Source: a virus
Virus genome (UHGV): UHGV-0126763
Strand: one strand, 5' to 3'
DNA length: 37,920 bases
Below are positions 35,157-37,920 of this stretch, in pieces (the first letter of the stretch is position 1; each line of letters opens with the position of its first letter). The notes under the pieces are model-generated. The model saw only the letters and a program-made list of their open reading frames with translations. It was not told the origin of the DNA and did no database searches. A program made the position numbers and the translations under genes.

Positions 35157-36200
35157 TTACCCTGTAAATATGCTAAGGAATGTTTTTTGAAATGATTTGT
35201 TTTTATTTTTAGCGTTAATTAATGCTACTATACTAACTTGCAGTTTTACCATTATTGTAGCAAGTGTGTAAGTAAGTACATAACTTATTAAATAATGACT
35301 ACCTATTTTTTGACACATTATGATAAATGGGATGTGCCATAAATAAATCCAAATGGAGTTTTGGGATATGAATGAAACAACCTGCCATAATCTTAAAACC
35401 TTAAGTAAAAGAACAGCTTTGTTTGAGAGCAGATAGACTACGAATATCATAAAGGTTGCATAGGACATGTAATATATCCCAGGTGGGTACTTGTCTGACT
35501 GAGTTGGATTAAAGGCACCCAAGGTAATAATGTAATATGCAGTCATGGCAGAAAATAATAATCCACAGATAATGGTTGGGGGTAATAATTCTTTATGATC
35601 AGTGCTTGCAATTTTATAACCAATGATGAAAGCAAGTGTATAAGATATAGAGTTTGATATGTATGTCCCCAAAAGTATATAAATGCTCAACTTGTCAATT
35701 CCATTATACAATGGAATTAACTGGCTATTAATTAATAAAAATGACGCGGATATTGTTAATATCGCTTTTAAATTAAGTGTGTATAGTTTTGGAGGAATGA
35801 AAGTGGCTATCACTGATATTATGAAAAAGAGTCTAATAACCCACACATAACCAAGCCCACTGGATAATGCGAATGATGTTATTATAATTGACTTATTGTA
35901 AGTAAAGTCTTTTATATTAAAAATAAACGAAATGATTTCATTTATTAAGAAAAATGCCGCGAAGAAAATCCAAGTTGGTAAAACTAAACGGCGAAATCGA
36001 GAATTAATATATTTTATTCTGTTGCTATGGCGATGTTCGGTTACACAAAAGGACATCCCCATAACCATAAACATTAAAGGAACATCAAAGTTTCGCAGTT
36101 GAGCTAGCCATAAAGGAGGCTGGACATGGGCTAGAATGATTAGAGAAAGCCCGAGAAATCTTAAAAAATCTATTTTATCAATACGCATGACTTCGTCCAT
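35157..36200 (-). CDS. Acyltransferase family 3 integral membrane protein (putative O-antigen acetyltransferase)
   Basis: 347 aa, about 10 predicted TM segments, N-terminal IDFLRFLGLSLIILAHV motif typical of acyltransferase-3 (OafA/Oac-like); strongly AT-rich; sits between tail fiber genes and integrase. Confidence 0.8.
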   Translation of the reverse strand: MDEVMRIDKIDFLRFLGLSLIILAHVQPPLWLAQLRNFDVPLMFMVMGMSFCVTEHRHSNRIKYINSRFRRLVLPTWIFFAAFFLINEIISFIFNIKDFTYNKSIIITSFALSSGLGYVWVIRLFFIISVIATFIPPKLYTLNLKAILTISASFLLINSQLIPLYNGIDKLSIYILLGTYISNSISYTLAFIIGYKIASTDHKELLPPTIICGLLFSAMTAYYIITLGAFNPTQSDKYPPGIYYMSYATFMIFVVYLLSNKAVLLLKVLRLWQVVSFISQNSIWIYLWHIPFIIMCQKIGSHYLISYVLTYTLATIMVKLQVSIVALINAKNKNKSFQKTFLSIFTG

Positions 36201-36676
36201 TAGATTTTATAGATCAACGATTATACATTAGTATTGATCGGCTATGACACCATTGCTTATAGGTATGCTCTCTGTTGTATGAGTACAGCTCAGGAGCTTC
36301 GCCTTGGTTTGTTATAGCTTACGGTGCCGATTTACGATGTCGGAGTGCCGACACCGTATCGCAAATTCCCGGTAGGCAGTGGTTAGACACGATGCAGGCC
36401 GCCGGTGATTGTTGAGACTGGCAGCCTGCATAATTTACAGCCCAACCTGGCGAACTGTCGGGAACTCAGATACCAGCCACATATCGGCTTCTTCAAACAT
36501 ATCCTCGTTTCTGGTCAAGTGAGGAGTGAAAATTCATGTGCCATTTTTGTGTCACACAAGGTGAAGCATCTAACATTGTCTTGCATCATGTGCCATTAAG
36601 TTTCTTATAGTGAATGCGGCAATGTGTATGTAAAACAGCTAGTTAAATGTGATTCTACTAATTCGTAATGCGAAGG
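36201..36676. other. Candidate attP-containing intergenic region
   Basis: 476-bp non-coding gap between moron and int; 12-bp direct repeat TCATGTGCCATT at 36534-36545 and 36586-36597; core not identified. Confidence 0.3.
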
Positions 36677-37834
36677 TCATGTGACGTTACCGTCTATCCA
36701 GTCCGCCCACCATTGCATCATTTCTCTGCGCTTATCGAGATACTGAGCATGATTGTAAATTCCACGCACAGATCCGCCGTTGGCATGTGCCAGTTGCACT
36801 TCAATGGCGTCGGCAGGCCATTCGTGCTCGTTCATAATCGTGCTGAATTCATGCCTGAATCCGTGACCGCTTTCCAGACCTTCATAGCCGATTTGTTTGA
36901 TCACAAGCAATACCGCGTTCTCGCAGATTGGCTTCTTCTTATCGTTGCGCCCGGCAAAAACAAACTCTGAGACTGGTTTAGTGATGGAGCTTAGCGTAGT
37001 GAGAAGCTCAACCACCTGGTCTGACATAGGAACAACATGAATTTTGCGTCCCTTCATCACATTGGCGTCGATGGTGATAATCCTGTTTTCAAAATCGACG
37101 TTCTTCCATAGCATGGAACGAAGCTCTTTTGTTCTGAGGGCTGTGTAGCGTAAAACTTTGGTCGCAATGAGCGATACGATACTTCCTGAAAATGTTGCAA
37201 GTGCTTTGTTGAATTCCGGGATCTGGTCTGCAGGAAGAAACGGGAAGTTCTTCTTGCGGTATCCCTTCATGGCGTCAGCAAGGTCAGGTGACGGGTTATA
37301 TTTAGCCCTTCCGGTGACAATAGCGTAACGGAAAACCTCGCCGCATCTTCTGCGTGCTTTGTTGGCTCGCTCCATTGCGCCGCGATCTTCAAATCTGCGG
37401 ATTACTTCCAGCAGTTTCATCGGCTCAATATCCTGAATTTCAAGGCCGCCGATGATAGGTAAAATGTCGTCATCAAACATCTTTGCAAGTTCATTTGCAT
37501 AGCCTACTGACCAGACTTGCTTCTTGTGCTCGTACCATTCCTTGTAAATGGCGCTAAAGGAATTGTTGTTAGACGAAGCCTTTTTCGCCTTTACCGGATC
37601 GATGCCAACCGAGATGTCTTTCCTCGCAGTCCATGCTTTATCCCTTGCCTCCTGCAAAGTCATAAGCGGATATTTTCCTACGGTCAGTATTTTTTCCTTA
37701 CCGTCAATCTTGTAGCGAAGCTGCCATACCTTTTTCCCGGATACAGGGACATAAAGGTACAGGCCATTACCATCGAGAAGGCGATATGGTTTTTCTTTCG
37801 GCTTTGCTGCTTCAATCTGCTTAACGGTGAGCAT
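36677..37834 (-). CDS. int: Tyrosine integrase (P4-like family)
   Basis: N-terminus MLTVKQIEAAKPKEKPYRLLDGNGLYLYV typical of this family; C-terminal catalytic region with RHEFST and HANGGSVRGIY; ORF-track start 37870 is an upstream GTG. Confidence 0.85.
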   Translation of the reverse strand: MLTVKQIEAAKPKEKPYRLLDGNGLYLYVPVSGKKVWQLRYKIDGKEKILTVGKYPLMTLQEARDKAWTARKDISVGIDPVKAKKASSNNNSFSAIYKEWYEHKKQVWSVGYANELAKMFDDDILPIIGGLEIQDIEPMKLLEVIRRFEDRGAMERANKARRRCGEVFRYAIVTGRAKYNPSPDLADAMKGYRKKNFPFLPADQIPEFNKALATFSGSIVSLIATKVLRYTALRTKELRSMLWKNVDFENRIITIDANVMKGRKIHVVPMSDQVVELLTTLSSITKPVSEFVFAGRNDKKKPICENAVLLVIKQIGYEGLESGHGFRHEFSTIMNEHEWPADAIEVQLAHANGGSVRGIYNHAQYLDKRREMMQWWADWIDGNVT

Positions 37835-37920
37835 GGGTAAAAATCCGGTGGGTAAAATTATTTTATCCACTTTTTACCCGTCATGGAGTGCGGCTGTCAA
37901 CGATCTGACGCGAACCATGA

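Noticed and set aside
36201-36676. tRNA gene or tRNA 3' fragment at the attachment site
   Set aside because: Looked for a T-arm-like GGTTCGAATCC motif and acceptor-stem pairing; none seen by eye, so no tRNA call is made.
36405-36970. Plus-strand ORFs 36405..36599 and 36668..36970
   Set aside because: First lies in the putative attP region without RBS; second is antisense to the integrase 3' end.

Overview
The window reads as a near genome-length (37.9 kb) temperate lambdoid phage or prophage of an enterobacterial host, with a mosaic module order. From left to right: a minus-strand early-left operon (Ead-like protein, RecT annealase, small unknowns) driven from an N antiterminator with nutL; an immunity region (CI-like S24 repressor flanked by palindromic operator clusters, divergent cro-like gene, nutR, cII-like gene); a replication module (O-like initiator with internal iterons, DnaB-family helicase); a nin-like region ending in RusA and antiterminator Q; a PR'-like promoter; lambda-type lysis genes S, R, Rz/Rz1; then packaging (small and large terminase), head, and a long tail/baseplate module with tape measure, baseplate V/J-like proteins and a glycine-rich tail fiber. 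The right end carries an AT-rich acyltransferase-3 gene on the minus strand and a tyrosine integrase. N, nutL/nutR, NinB, Q, S and R match phage lambda as I recall it, whereas the repressor, replication, packaging and morphogenesis modules are non-lambda. All family assignments are from reading the translations and from memory; no searches or computations were run. The best candidates for an undescribed function are three apparent moron loci: a small membrane protein co-transcribed with the repressor in the rexAB position, a minus-strand small gene between lysis and terminase, and an AT-rich two-gene island inside the tail module encoding a secreted protein and a convergent C-terminally anchored membrane protein. 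I also see a probable -1 programmed frameshift in the tail chaperone gene and several sub-60-codon genes missing from the ORF track.
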